DNA of 64,000 nt from Chloroflexota bacterium (GTDB lineage: Bacteria; Chloroflexota; UBA11872; VXNJ01): assembly GCA_026707405.1 (NCBI GenBank), contig JAPOWW010000013.1:3190-67189 (forward strand), read 5' to 3'. Position 1 is the first letter of the stretch. Each line of letters opens with the position of its first letter. The position numbers were made by a program, and so were the translations under genes. The notes beneath the pieces were generated by a model. It saw nothing but the letters and a program-made list of their open reading frames with translations. It had not been told where the DNA came from and made no database searches. Shown piece after piece: positions 9,195 through 19,059 of this stretch.

Positions 9195-10199
9195 CTAGTC
9201 GGCGTAGACGCCCTGCTCGATTGCTTCCAGCGGTGGAAATGGACTGGCTTCGGCGAACTCAATGGCCATCTCGACTTCCCGAACCACGTCCTCGTCAATT
9301 CGATCGAAATCTTCGGCCGTGAGCAGATTCTGCGATTCCACCACTCGCTTGAACCGCTCGATGGGGTCCCTCTTTAACCAAGCTTCCAACTCTTGCTTAG
9401 CCCGATAAGGGGCCATGTCGTGGACAGTATGTCCCTTGAACCTGTACGTCTCCGCCTCGATCAGCGTCGGCCCCTTGCCGCTCCTGGCCCTGTCGATCGC
9501 TTCCCTGGCGACCGCGTTGACGGCGAAAACGTCATTCCCGTCGACCTCCACACCGGGAATCCCGTAAGCAACCCCCCGGCCGGCAATCGACGGCCCGGCG
9601 TTTGCCTTGTCGGAGGTGGTAGCCATTCCGTAATTGTTGTTCTCGCAGACGAATATCACGGGGAGACTTTGCACGGCGGCAAAATTGACGCCTTCGTGAA
9701 ACGCCCCGGTCGGACCGGCCCCATCGCCAAAGAAGCAAACTGTAACTCTGTCTTCGCCGCGCAACTTGGCCCCGAGCGCGGCGCCTGCGGCTATCGGAAT
9801 CCCGGCGCCGACTATGCCGTTTGCGCCGAGTATTCCCAGGTCAAGATCGGCAATGTGCATCGAACCGCCCTTACCGCCGCAATAGCCCGTTGCGCGGCCA
9901 TACAGCTCGGCCATCATCTTGCTTAGACGACCGCCCTTGGCGATGCAGTGTCCGTGACCTCGATGAGTGCTGGTGATGTAATCGTCAGTCCGCAGTTCCG
10001 CGCAGATCCCGGTGGCGGTCGCCTCTTCGCCGATGTAAAAGTGCAACGCGCCTCGCATTCGCGCGTTCCGAAACGCTTCCTCTGCAGCTTCTTCGAACCG
10101 GCGAATACGCATCATCGCCTGGTAAATCCAAAGGAGCTTGTCGCGGGATAGTGTTACCGCCCCGTTCTGCGAACCGGATTGTGACGCGTTTTCGGCCAT
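9195..10199 (-). CDS. TPP-dependent dehydrogenase E1 alpha subunit (AcoA/PdhA-like)
   Basis: STHRGHGH, GKGGSMH, GDGA..ENN TPP motif. Confidence 0.95.
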   Translation of the reverse strand: MAENASQSGSQNGAVTLSRDKLLWIYQAMMRIRRFEEAAEEAFRNARMRGALHFYIGEEATATGICAELRTDDYITSTHRGHGHCIAKGGRLSKMMAELYGRATGYCGGKGGSMHIADLDLGILGANGIVGAGIPIAAGAALGAKLRGEDRVTVCFFGDGAGPTGAFHEGVNFAAVQSLPVIFVCENNNYGMATTSDKANAGPSIAGRGVAYGIPGVEVDGNDVFAVNAVAREAIDRARSGKGPTLIEAETYRFKGHTVHDMAPYRAKQELEAWLKRDPIERFKRVVESQNLLTAEDFDRIDEDVVREVEMAIEFAEASPFPPLEAIEQGVYAD

Positions 10200-10392
10200 G
10201 GCTATTATTCTTCGTCTTCCGTGTCCGTCCCAAGGGACGTTTTACTGACTCTCGCCATTATTGTGTCAGAAATCGATTCTGCGGGTAACTCGCCCGCACC
10301 TCGAGTTTGCAAAGCGCAACACGCCGGCAAGCTTCGTGTACGGCTGTGCGTAGCGCGGTATTATCAACGAACTGGATTTCTCCCGCAATCAG

Positions 10393-10572
10393 ATGCCCCG
10401 CCGCAAAAAGAAAAGAAGAAGACGATCCGCAACGTTATCAAGCAGCCACGCAGCGACTCCAAAGCGGCGGCGAATATTCAGCGTTCAGAGTGCGTGGGCG
10501 TTCATAGGTCTTCTGGTAGCTATCGTTATGGTTATTTCGCTCGTGGCGCCGTTGCTGACCGCATCACGCTAG
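10393..10572 (+). CDS. Small 59-aa membrane protein (basic N-terminus, C-terminal TM helix)
   Basis: Below the ORF-track size cutoff. MPRRKKKRRRRSATLSSSHAATPKRRRIFSVQSAWAFIGLLVAIVMVISLVAPLLTASR*, lying at the head of the + strand run. Confidence 0.6.
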   Translation: MPRRKKKRRRRSATLSSSHAATPKRRRIFSVQSAWAFIGLLVAIVMVISLVAPLLTASR

Positions 10573-10642
10573 GCCGCGCCGTAGCAGCATCGCCAGATCC
10601 TAAAGTTCGACCGGCGTTGCCGCCGCACAAGGGGGCCGACGC

Positions 10643-11659
10643 TTGGCGCTAGACGTATTCCTGCTGATCGTCATGCTTCTTGTGATCCTCGCCGCAGCAA
10701 TCGTCTTTACCAACGCCGTCGAGTGGTTCGGCCACCGGCTCGGCGTGGGTGAAGGGGTAACGGGCAGCATCTTCGCCGCGGTGGGAACGACTCTGCCGGA
10801 AACCGTGATTCCGCTTGTTGCGGTCTTCTCCGGCGGAGAGTCCGGCCACGAGGTGGCCGTAGGCTCGATACTCGGCGCGCCGCTGATCCTCGCAACTCTT
10901 GCCATGTTCATGATGGCGGTGGCCGTCATAGGCCTTGCGCTGCGAGGACGCCGTGACTCGCACTTCAACGTCAATCAGTCGATTGTGAGCAGGGACCTCT
11001 TTTTCTTCGTGATCGTCTACGTCCTGGCGATCGGCGCCGCGCTCATCGACTCACGATCCATCAAGATCGTCATCGCCGTGATCCTGGCGCTGTGCTACGT
11101 GCTCTACGTCTGGTTGCACGTCAAGGCGGGTGACGACTCGCACGGGGAGGCCCCCGAGTTGGGGCCGCTCTGGTTCCAGCGGGGTGCTGAAAGTCCAAAG
11201 CTTATATTCATAGCGCTCCAGCTAGTGTTCGCCCTCGGTTTGATCGTGGGCGGTGCTCACATATTCGTCCACTCTGTCCAGACCGTCTCTCACGCGCTGG
11301 GAATGTCCACCCTCATCCTGGCGCTCTTCATCGTGCCGCTGGCCTCCGAGCTTCCGGAGAAGTTCAACTCCGTGATATGGGTCTTTCAAAAGAAGGACAC
11401 GCTGGCGTTTGGCAACATTTCGGGCGCAATGGTCTGGCAGAGCTCCGTGGTGCCGATTATCGGCATCGTGCTGACCGACTGGGCGCTTACCTCCGAAAGC
11501 GCCCCCGCGTTTATCAGCGCGGGCGTATCGCTGGCGGCGGCGGTCCTGATAGGCCTGGCGATGAGAATGTGGGGACGCCTTTCGGCGCTCTGGGTTCTGG
11601 CGGTAGGAGGAGTCGGCTACTTTGGATACTTGGCTTACATAATCGCTACCCAATTGTGA
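10643..11659 (+). CDS. Sodium:calcium antiporter (CaCA family)
   Basis: About 10 TM helices with alpha repeats AVGTTLPE and PLASELPE. Confidence 0.9.
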   Translation: MALDVFLLIVMLLVILAAAIVFTNAVEWFGHRLGVGEGVTGSIFAAVGTTLPETVIPLVAVFSGGESGHEVAVGSILGAPLILATLAMFMMAVAVIGLALRGRRDSHFNVNQSIVSRDLFFFVIVYVLAIGAALIDSRSIKIVIAVILALCYVLYVWLHVKAGDDSHGEAPELGPLWFQRGAESPKLIFIALQLVFALGLIVGGAHIFVHSVQTVSHALGMSTLILALFIVPLASELPEKFNSVIWVFQKKDTLAFGNISGAMVWQSSVVPIIGIVLTDWALTSESAPAFISAGVSLAAAVLIGLAMRMWGRLSALWVLAVGGVGYFGYLAYIIATQL

Positions 11660-11697
11660 TCCCGTACGTACCCGCATTGTGATTCAATAACGGTCAA

Positions 11698-12414
11698 ATG
11701 AACGCTGACGAGTTTCGGAACGGACAGACTGTTGCCCTGTTGCTGGACATTGCCGCATTCGACGCCGCCCTGTCCGAGACTGATCGGTCCAATCGCTATT
11801 CGAACATCCTGACCACCGTGGCGGCCAAAAGGCGGCTCCGGCGGGCGACCGCCTACGTCGCTCTTGACTTGCCGTCTTCGGCGCAAAGCGAGCTTCTGTC
11901 AACCTTGCGAGACTCAGGATTTCGAATAATGGGTAAACCTCTTAGGCCGCTTTCTGACGGATCGATGCGCGGCTACGTGGGAGTTGAGATGGCGGTAGAC
12001 GCCGTGCTGGCGGCGGAGACTTGCGACATTGTTACCGTCGTAACCGGCGACGCCGATTTTCTACCGGCCGTTCGCGCGGCGCAAAGTAAGGGCGCTCGGG
12101 TCGAAGTGATCGGATGTCCCGGGCAAAATCTCGATTCGTTGAGAGACGCCAGCGATTCGTTCACGGCAATCGGCGACATCTTCGATTCGACCAAGTCTGG
12201 CGACCATGGCAAGCGCAGCGCACGCCGTCCACCGGCACGCGCTGCCAGATTGAAACGCAATGAATGGCCGACCCCTCCACCGCCGCCCCCCGAACCGGCG
12301 GCCCGGCGCAGTGGGGCACGTCGGCCCCCGGCTTCGAAGACCCCGCGAATCCTTGAAGGGGAGCGTCTGTCGGGAATCACCGCCACCAAACCGGACGAAT
12401 CGCGGTCCGGATAA
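11698..12414 (+). CDS. NYN/LabA (DUF88) domain protein
   Basis: VEMAVDA, VTGDADFLP, GARVEV, LRDASDSF motifs, with a disordered basic tail. Confidence 0.8.
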   Translation: MNADEFRNGQTVALLLDIAAFDAALSETDRSNRYSNILTTVAAKRRLRRATAYVALDLPSSAQSELLSTLRDSGFRIMGKPLRPLSDGSMRGYVGVEMAVDAVLAAETCDIVTVVTGDADFLPAVRAAQSKGARVEVIGCPGQNLDSLRDASDSFTAIGDIFDSTKSGDHGKRSARRPPARAARLKRNEWPTPPPPPPEPAARRSGARRPPASKTPRILEGERLSGITATKPDESRSG

Positions 12415-12445
12415 AGGCGCGCCCGAAAGTGGCCGAACAGGCACG

Positions 12446-13303
12446 TTGCGCGTAGGAATCAGTCACTTGCAGTGGCCGGCGGACCGGCCACTAGACCAGA
12501 TTCTCGCCGAGATGGCCGAAATCGGGTTTCTGGGCATCGAGGGCGCGCGCGACTACTTTGGGCAATCAGCGCAGCTTCGGGTCTTGCTCGCCGACGCCGG
12601 TATGGAAATGACTGCGGGAACATATGCCGCGAACTGGTTCGACAAGGAATGGCGCCCTCGCGAGCTTGAAGGTCTGAGACACTCGGCCGAGTTCTACGCG
12701 GGTGTCGGAGCCGATTACGTCGTAATCGGCTCGCTCGGCTCGCCCCAGCGGTTTCTCACGGCCGGCCATCCGCGGTCTTCCCTGACCGAGGGGCTGTCCG
12801 ACTACCAATGGGAGTTTTTCGCTGAGACCATCAGCATGGCGGGCGAAATCTGCTTGGACGAATTTCAGTTGCAGCTCGTCTTCCTCAACCGGGCCGGTTC
12901 GTTCGTGGAGTCGCGTGAGGAAATCGACCGGTTCGTCTCACTAACCGATCCGCAAACCGTGTCTCTGGCCGCCGACACGGGACAGCTCTTCTACGGAGGC
13001 GTCGACCCCACGGAGTTCTTCGAGCGAAACGTCGAACGAATTCGGTACGTTCATCTAAAGGACGTAGACCCCGACATTTACGAGCAGAACATCGCCGACG
13101 GAGGCTCGTACAGGGACTTCGTAAGAATGGAAGGCTTTACCGAAGTGGGTTCCGGCGCCGTCGACTTCGAGGCGGTAATCGAAATCCTGAAGGGCGGCGG
13201 CTATGACGGGTGGCTGGTGATTGAGCAAGACTACACTTCAAGGGACCCTGCGGTAGCGGCAGGCGCAAGCCTGGAACACGTCAACTCCCTTCTGGGAGTA
13301 TGA
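12446..13303 (+). CDS. Sugar phosphate isomerase/epimerase TIM barrel, IolE-like
   Basis: DTG, YVHLKD, FTEVGSGAVDF, GWLVIEQD. Start set at the in-frame TTG at 12446 (uncertain). Confidence 0.8.
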   Translation: MRVGISHLQWPADRPLDQILAEMAEIGFLGIEGARDYFGQSAQLRVLLADAGMEMTAGTYAANWFDKEWRPRELEGLRHSAEFYAGVGADYVVIGSLGSPQRFLTAGHPRSSLTEGLSDYQWEFFAETISMAGEICLDEFQLQLVFLNRAGSFVESREEIDRFVSLTDPQTVSLAADTGQLFYGGVDPTEFFERNVERIRYVHLKDVDPDIYEQNIADGGSYRDFVRMEGFTEVGSGAVDFEAVIEILKGGGYDGWLVIEQDYTSRDPAVAAGASLEHVNSLLGV

Positions 13304-13313
13304 GATATAGCCC

Positions 13314-14438
13314 ATGCGGAAGATTACGCGTCGTTCAATGCTGCGAGCGGCGGCCGTTGCCGCGCTGCTTCCCGCAGCCTGCGCGGACCCGAGCCTCCCG
13401 ACAGGTGGCGAAACCGATGAAAACCGGTGGGGGGCCAACACGTTCCTGCACCTCGACTCCGACCGCTGGCGAAAGCAAAAAACGCTGGAAATGGCCGCGC
13501 GGGCCGGCCTTGGGTGGATTAAACAGCACTTTCCGTGGGAGGACATAGAGAGCCTCGACAAGGGGCAGTTCCTCAATCCCACCTGGAAGCACCCGACCTG
13601 GGACAAATACGACGAGATTGTCGACCTTGCCGAGGAGAACGGCCTAAAAATCATCGCGCGGGTCGACCGCACCCCGGCCTGGGCGAGACCCGAAGACTCT
13701 ACGCCCACGGAGCCTCCAGCCGAGCTCGATGACTTTGGAGACTTCGTTACCGCAATAGTCCGCCGATATCGCGGCAGGGTCCGGCATTTTCAGATTTGGA
13801 ACGAGCCGAACCTCGCGGCCGAATGGGGAGGGAAGCCGCCCAACGCCACCCACTACGTAAAGCTCCTGGAAACGGCGTTCTCGGCGGCCGTTGGAGTCGA
13901 CCCGGAAACCGTGATTCTGGCAGCGCCTTTCGCGGCAACCCTGGAGATGAGCGACCGGGCGCGCAACGAACTCGTCTATCTACAACAAGTCTACGACGCC
14001 GGCGGAGGCGACTACTTCCACATACATTCGGCCAATGCTTTCGGTTTGGCCTTTCCACCCGAGGCGCCCCCTGAGCCCAAAGTATTGAACTTCCGCCGCG
14101 TGGAACTAAGCAGGGAGCTGATGGAACAAAACGGCGACCGGCACAAACCGATCTGGTTCAACGAGTACGGCTGGAACGCTTCGCCTCCCGACTTCTCGGC
14201 CAGCCAGCTAACGTGGGCGCGCGTAACGGAAGACCAGCAGGCGGAGTGGACAGTGCGCGGCGTGGAGTTCGCCCGGGAAAACTGGCCCTGGGCGGGGGTG
14301 TTCAATATCTGGTTTCTAAGGCGTCCGTTCACCGATGTCGATCCGTCCAAGTCCGAGTACTACTTCCGGATGATCGATCCCGACTTCACGCCTAGGAAGG
14401 TCTACAAGGCGGTCGCCGAAGCGGCGAACAAGCGTTGA
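13314..14438 (+). CDS. Tat-exported lipoprotein, GH-A clan glycoside hydrolase (GH5/GH39-like)
   Basis: TRRSML twin-arginine signal and LPAAC lipobox; QIWNEPN acid/base and WFNEYGW nucleophile motifs. Confidence 0.8.
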   Translation: MRKITRRSMLRAAAVAALLPAACADPSLPTGGETDENRWGANTFLHLDSDRWRKQKTLEMAARAGLGWIKQHFPWEDIESLDKGQFLNPTWKHPTWDKYDEIVDLAEENGLKIIARVDRTPAWARPEDSTPTEPPAELDDFGDFVTAIVRRYRGRVRHFQIWNEPNLAAEWGGKPPNATHYVKLLETAFSAAVGVDPETVILAAPFAATLEMSDRARNELVYLQQVYDAGGGDYFHIHSANAFGLAFPPEAPPEPKVLNFRRVELSRELMEQNGDRHKPIWFNEYGWNASPPDFSASQLTWARVTEDQQAEWTVRGVEFARENWPWAGVFNIWFLRRPFTDVDPSKSEYYFRMIDPDFTPRKVYKAVAEAANKR

Positions 14439-17400
14439 TCTACGGCGTGAAGCTCAAGTCCCGTGCTCGCGCCATCGTGCTCGTGCTGGCGGTCGCACTG
14501 CTCACCGGCGGTTCGACCGTCGCACTGGTCTTCTACAGGCAATTCCTTGAGCGTGGCGTCGCTTACCACGACCAAGGCGCCGTCACGATCAACCACGCCA
14601 GCGGACCGACGCTCGGCGCCAATACGTTTCTCACTCTGGAGCCGGATATCGAGAACATCCGGCGTGAGCTGGCGATCCTCAAATCGGCTGGCGTGGGGAT
14701 CATTCGGCAGCAATTCCTGTGGGAGGAGATCGAGCCGGAAAAAGGAGTCTTCCGGAACCGGCAAACCGGTGTCAGCACGTGGACGAAGTATGACGCCATC
14801 GTCGAAGCCGCCCGGGATCAGGGAATCGAAGTCATGGCCCGGCTGGAACGTTCTCCGAGGTGGGCAACGCCCGGCTGGGAACCCAAGATACCAGCCAGTC
14901 AGAAGCCGCCCGACGACGTAGCGCTGTTCGCCGACTTCGTCCATGCCGTCGTCTCCAGATACGAGGGGCGTATCCGTTTCTTCCAAATCTGGAATGAGCC
15001 GAACCTCTGGGGAGAGTGGGGTGAATCAGAGCCTGACGCGGCTGAATACGTGGAGCTCCTCAGAGCCTCATATCAAGCCGCTAAAGCTGCCAATCCTCAC
15101 GCGGTCGTGGTTGCCGCCGGACTTGCCCCCACGACTGAGCGCGGCCCCAACAACATAAGCGACGTTCTCTACCTTCAGCGCATGTACTTCCTCGGAGCCA
15201 AGGACTATTTCGACATTCTCTCCTCGATGTCCTACGGCTTGATAACCGGTCCGAGCGACGTTCGGATCGGAGAGCGCTGGACGAATTTCCCCCGCGCCGT
15301 GCTGCTCAGGGACGTGATGGAGACCTTTGGCGACGCGCACAAACCCGTTTGGGCCTCCGAGTACGGCTGGATGTCCTTGCCGGACGGATGGAGCGGCCGT
15401 CCAAGCATCTGGGGCAACCATTCAGTCGAAGACCAGGCGGCGTGGACGGTGGAAGGGATATTGCGCGCCCGCCGCGAGTGGCCCTGGATGCCCACGATAT
15501 TCGTATGGGCCTCACGCTGGCCGGAGCAGACCAATCCCGACGACCCGACTTTCTGGTTCAGGCTGATGGACCCGGATTTCACGCCGCGGCCAGCGCTGCT
15601 AGCCCTGCAAGAACTCGCACTCGAACGACCGATCGCCGGAGCCGGATTGCATCAGGAGGATCATCCGGCATTTGCATACGCCGGTCCCTGGCCGCGGGAA
15701 CCGAGCGACGAAGCTGCGGCAGGCTTCTGGTCCAGCACCGGCGTGGCCGGCGCGGTCGCCAGATTTCGTTTCGAAGGCCAAAACGTAGGCCTCGTCGCCC
15801 GACAAGGCCCCGATATGGGAATGCTGCGTGTCCGCATCGATGGCCTCGACGCGCTCGCCGACCTCGTTCCGAGAAGCGAGTTCGGTCAATCGATCGTGGA
15901 CCTCTACTCGCCCGAAGTCCGGCCCGCCTCGACGATTCCGCTGGCTTCGCGGCTGCCTGCCGGTGTCCACGTGCTGGAAGTCGAGAGCCTTGGACGCGCC
16001 TCACCGCGTTCTACGGGCGGTAAAGTCGTCATCGACGGCATCGCGGTATCGAACTCCAGACCGTTCTGGCCTTACGCGGCCACCGGGATCGCCTGGGCCG
16101 TGGCGCTTGGCCTCATTGCGTGGCGGTTCGCTCGCCCGATTTGGGACGCCGTACCCGCGCGCATACGACGAGTTCCGCTAGCGGCTCCCTTGCTCCGCTC
16201 TCATACCGTGTATGGAATCTCAATCCCGGCGCTGCTGACAGCCTCCGTGGCCGCCATACTGCTCGCCGCGCTGCCCGGCAGCGACGCCCTTTCTCCGCTC
16301 ACCATCCTGCGGCTCGTTATCCTGGCTTATCTGGCCGCCCTCGCGATCGCGCATCCGGATGCCGTAGCCGTCGTCACCGCCGGCGCGCAGTTCTTGCATC
16401 CGCTCAGACCGCAAACCGGCCCCGTGGCATTCTCCGTTCCAGAGCTTCTGCTTATAGCGCTCGCAACCGGCTGGGCGGCGCGAGGCTTCTACCGACGTAA
16501 GTTCGAGCTGCGGCGTTCGACCATCGGCTTCGTCGCCGCTTACTTTGTACTCGCCGCGCTGGCCTCAACAGCGTTCGCCGAGTACCCGAAATTCGCTCTC
16601 AGATCGTTCCGAACAACCGTCGTCGAACCCGTTGCGCTGTTCTTCCTGCTCACGGCTTTCCTGAGCGGACGGCGCGGCGGCGCGCTGATCCCGGCTGTCG
16701 CCGCGGGTGGGGCTATCGCCGCCGCTACGGTCGTCTTCGATCCCCTGCTGGACAGGGTTATCACGGCAGGCGTGCCGAGACTGCGCGGCATCTACGAGTC
16801 CCCGAACAACTTGGCGTTCGTCTTGGAGCGAACGATCCCGCTGCTCGTGGGCTTGGCCGTCGCCTGGAAGAGTTCGGCGCTAGGCCGCGCGGCGACCGCG
16901 GTCGCCGCCGGTGCGGGTGTGGTTCTGATTCTCACGTTCTCCAGAGGCGCATGGCTCGCGGCGGCGGTGACGACTGCTCTGCTGGGTATCCCGCGATTGC
17001 TTAGGCTGCCTGTTAAGCGCAGGCTGCTCGGTCTCGGGGCCGTCCTCATTCCCGTCGCAGCGCTCGCGGCGCTGGTTGGAACGGACCGGCTATCCATCTT
17101 TTTCAGAACCGGCGACCGCAGCGGTGTTTCAAGAGTTTGGCTATGGGACTCCGCCGTCGAGATGATTCGAGATTTCCCACTCTTTGGAGTCGGTCCTGAC
17201 AACTTTCTCTATCACTACGCGGCCTACCTTAGGCCCGAGGCTTGGCGCGAGCCGCACATGTCCCATCCTCACAATCTGCTGCTCGACACCTGGTTGAGCA
17301 TGGGAGTGTTTGGCGCATTAGCCATCATCGCGGCACTGGTGATCTTTTTCCTTTTTGTTAGACGGTCCTACCGCCTGCCGGAACGTCCAATACCGCGCCC

Positions 17401-17611
17401 GGTTCTGCTCGGCGCGGCAGCGTCGATGACTGCGGCCATTGCGCACGGGCTTGTCGACAACTTCTACTTTCTCCCGGAACTGGCCGGGTTCTTCTGGACG
17501 TTGATGGCGTTCGCCGCTTGCCTGGCTAACAGGCCGACTCGGCAGCCGAACAGCATCTCCGGGACGCGGGACGACCCAATCGCGGAAGGACAAGCAACCG
17601 GAGGACCCTAA
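14435..17611 (+). CDS. Fusion protein: GH-A clan hydrolase, beta-sandwich domain and multi-TM O-antigen ligase (Wzy_C) domain
   Basis: N-terminal TM anchor, WNEPN and WASEYGW motifs, jelly-roll-like segment, then RLRGIYESPNNLA, LTFSRGAWL, RVWLW..PLFGVGPDNF and HPHNLLL. Confidence 0.85.
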   Translation: MIYGVKLKSRARAIVLVLAVALLTGGSTVALVFYRQFLERGVAYHDQGAVTINHASGPTLGANTFLTLEPDIENIRRELAILKSAGVGIIRQQFLWEEIEPEKGVFRNRQTGVSTWTKYDAIVEAARDQGIEVMARLERSPRWATPGWEPKIPASQKPPDDVALFADFVHAVVSRYEGRIRFFQIWNEPNLWGEWGESEPDAAEYVELLRASYQAAKAANPHAVVVAAGLAPTTERGPNNISDVLYLQRMYFLGAKDYFDILSSMSYGLITGPSDVRIGERWTNFPRAVLLRDVMETFGDAHKPVWASEYGWMSLPDGWSGRPSIWGNHSVEDQAAWTVEGILRARREWPWMPTIFVWASRWPEQTNPDDPTFWFRLMDPDFTPRPALLALQELALERPIAGAGLHQEDHPAFAYAGPWPREPSDEAAAGFWSSTGVAGAVARFRFEGQNVGLVARQGPDMGMLRVRIDGLDALADLVPRSEFGQSIVDLYSPEVRPASTIPLASRLPAGVHVLEVESLGRASPRSTGGKVVIDGIAVSNSRPFWPYAATGIAWAVALGLIAWRFARPIWDAVPARIRRVPLAAPLLRSHTVYGISIPALLTASVAAILLAALPGSDALSPLTILRLVILAYLAALAIAHPDAVAVVTAGAQFLHPLRPQTGPVAFSVPELLLIALATGWAARGFYRRKFELRRSTIGFVAAYFVLAALASTAFAEYPKFALRSFRTTVVEPVALFFLLTAFLSGRRGGALIPAVAAGGAIAAATVVFDPLLDRVITAGVPRLRGIYESPNNLAFVLERTIPLLVGLAVAWKSSALGRAATAVAAGAGVVLILTFSRGAWLAAAVTTALLGIPRLLRLPVKRRLLGLGAVLIPVAALAALVGTDRLSIFFRTGDRSGVSRVWLWDSAVEMIRDFPLFGVGPDNFLYHYAAYLRPEAWREPHMSHPHNLLLDTWLSMGVFGALAIIAALVIFFLFVRRSYRLPERPIPRPVLLGAAASMTAAIAHGLVDNFYFLPELAGFFWTLMAFAACLANRPTRQPNSISGTRDDPIAEGQATGGP

Positions 17612-17652
17612 CCTAGCGCTGTTCCGTTAGAGCGGTAGATCGAAACCGCCTC

Positions 17653-19041
17653 TTACTTCCCGATGCAGAACTTGGAGAATATCGTCTCTAGAAGGTCTTC
17701 GGTCGCGTCTTCGCCGGTTATCAGTCCCAGTTCGGTAAGCGCCCCGTGCAGGCCAATAGAGACGAAGTCTGACGGGAGCGAGTCATCCACGGCCTCAAGC
17801 GATCTTCGCACGTGCTCCCGCGCCCGTATCAGCGCCTCACGGTGCCGCTCGTTGGAAACGAGTGGAATTTCGCCGGCGGTGAGCGACCCCGCTCCGATTT
17901 CGTGAATGATCGCTCGCCGTAACGACTCAACCCCACGATGCTCCAGAGCGCATGTGTGCACTATGCCAGCGTCAGGGAGCAGGTCAGCGGCGCGGGTAGC
18001 AGCGACCTGAGAGGGCAAGTCATCCTTGTTCATGACGATCAGCGCCGGTCGACGCGAGTTGCGGACGAGCCGGGCGACATCCTCGTCGGGTTTGGAAAGC
18101 GGCCTCGACGCGTCCAGCACGAGCAGGACCAGATCGGCCTCACCAAGCGCCCGCTTGCTTCGCTCGACGCCCTCCGCTTCGGCCGCGTCGGTCGTTCCAC
18201 GGATTCCGGCCGTATCGACTACGACGACCGGCACTCCGTCGAGACTGAGCGACTCCTCCAGCACGTCGCGGGTGGTGCCGGGCAGCTCTGTAACGATGGC
18301 GCGGTCGGTGCGCAGCAGCGCATTCAAAAGGCTCGACTTGCCGACGTTGGGCGTGCCTACTATCGCCAGCCGCAGCCCGTGCCGCAGCAAGATTCCCTCC
18401 GACGCCCCCTCGACGGAGCGCTCGATAGCGCCCGCGATGTCGCAAAGCTGGCCGTGTAGCGCCGGTCGCGGCAGCGGGGGCACGTCGTCCTCGGTGAAAT
18501 CGATCTCGGCCTCCATCTGCGCCAAGAGATCCAGGCACTTGTTGCGCACTTCACGCACTTCCTTCGAAAGCTCGCCCCGGAGCTGTTTTTCGGCGGCCTT
18601 AAGCGTCAAGTCGGTCGGCGCGCGCACCGCGTCCGCCACAGCTTCGGCCTGCGCAAGGTCTATGCGGCCGCTCAGGAACGCCCGCAGAGTGAACTCCCCG
18701 GGCCTCGCCTGCCGCGCGCCGGCGTTGATGACCGACCGCAGGGCCGATCTGACCGCCGCAAGCCCCCCGTGACAGCTCACCTCCACCACGTCCTCGCGGG
18801 TGTAGGAATGCGGGCCGCGCATGTAGGTGATGATCGCCTCGTCAATGTGCGAGCCGTCTTCCGAGTCGACAAGCCGACCCAGCGTCGCCACGCGGTTCCG
18901 CGGCGATAGCCCCGAATTGGTCCGGAAAGCTCTCAGGCAGATTTGCAGGGCGTCGGGACCGGAGACGCGAATGACGCCTATGCCCGCCGGACCGAGCGCC
19001 GTGGAAATCGCGGCGATAGTGTCGGACATGTCGCCCGTCAT
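17653..19041 (-). CDS. mnmE: tRNA modification GTPase MnmE
   Basis: DTIAAIST, GTPNVGKSS, PGTTRD, DTAG, NKDD and C-terminal FCIGK. Confidence 0.97.
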   Translation of the reverse strand: MTGDMSDTIAAISTALGPAGIGVIRVSGPDALQICLRAFRTNSGLSPRNRVATLGRLVDSEDGSHIDEAIITYMRGPHSYTREDVVEVSCHGGLAAVRSALRSVINAGARQARPGEFTLRAFLSGRIDLAQAEAVADAVRAPTDLTLKAAEKQLRGELSKEVREVRNKCLDLLAQMEAEIDFTEDDVPPLPRPALHGQLCDIAGAIERSVEGASEGILLRHGLRLAIVGTPNVGKSSLLNALLRTDRAIVTELPGTTRDVLEESLSLDGVPVVVVDTAGIRGTTDAAEAEGVERSKRALGEADLVLLVLDASRPLSKPDEDVARLVRNSRRPALIVMNKDDLPSQVAATRAADLLPDAGIVHTCALEHRGVESLRRAIIHEIGAGSLTAGEIPLVSNERHREALIRAREHVRRSLEAVDDSLPSDFVSIGLHGALTELGLITGEDATEDLLETIFSKFCIGK

Positions 19042-19059
19042 GGGCGGTTTACCCCGAAG

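Noticed and set aside
10221-10652. 143-aa plus-strand ORF
   Set aside because: No recognisable features; the 59-aa ORF in another frame is more protein-like.
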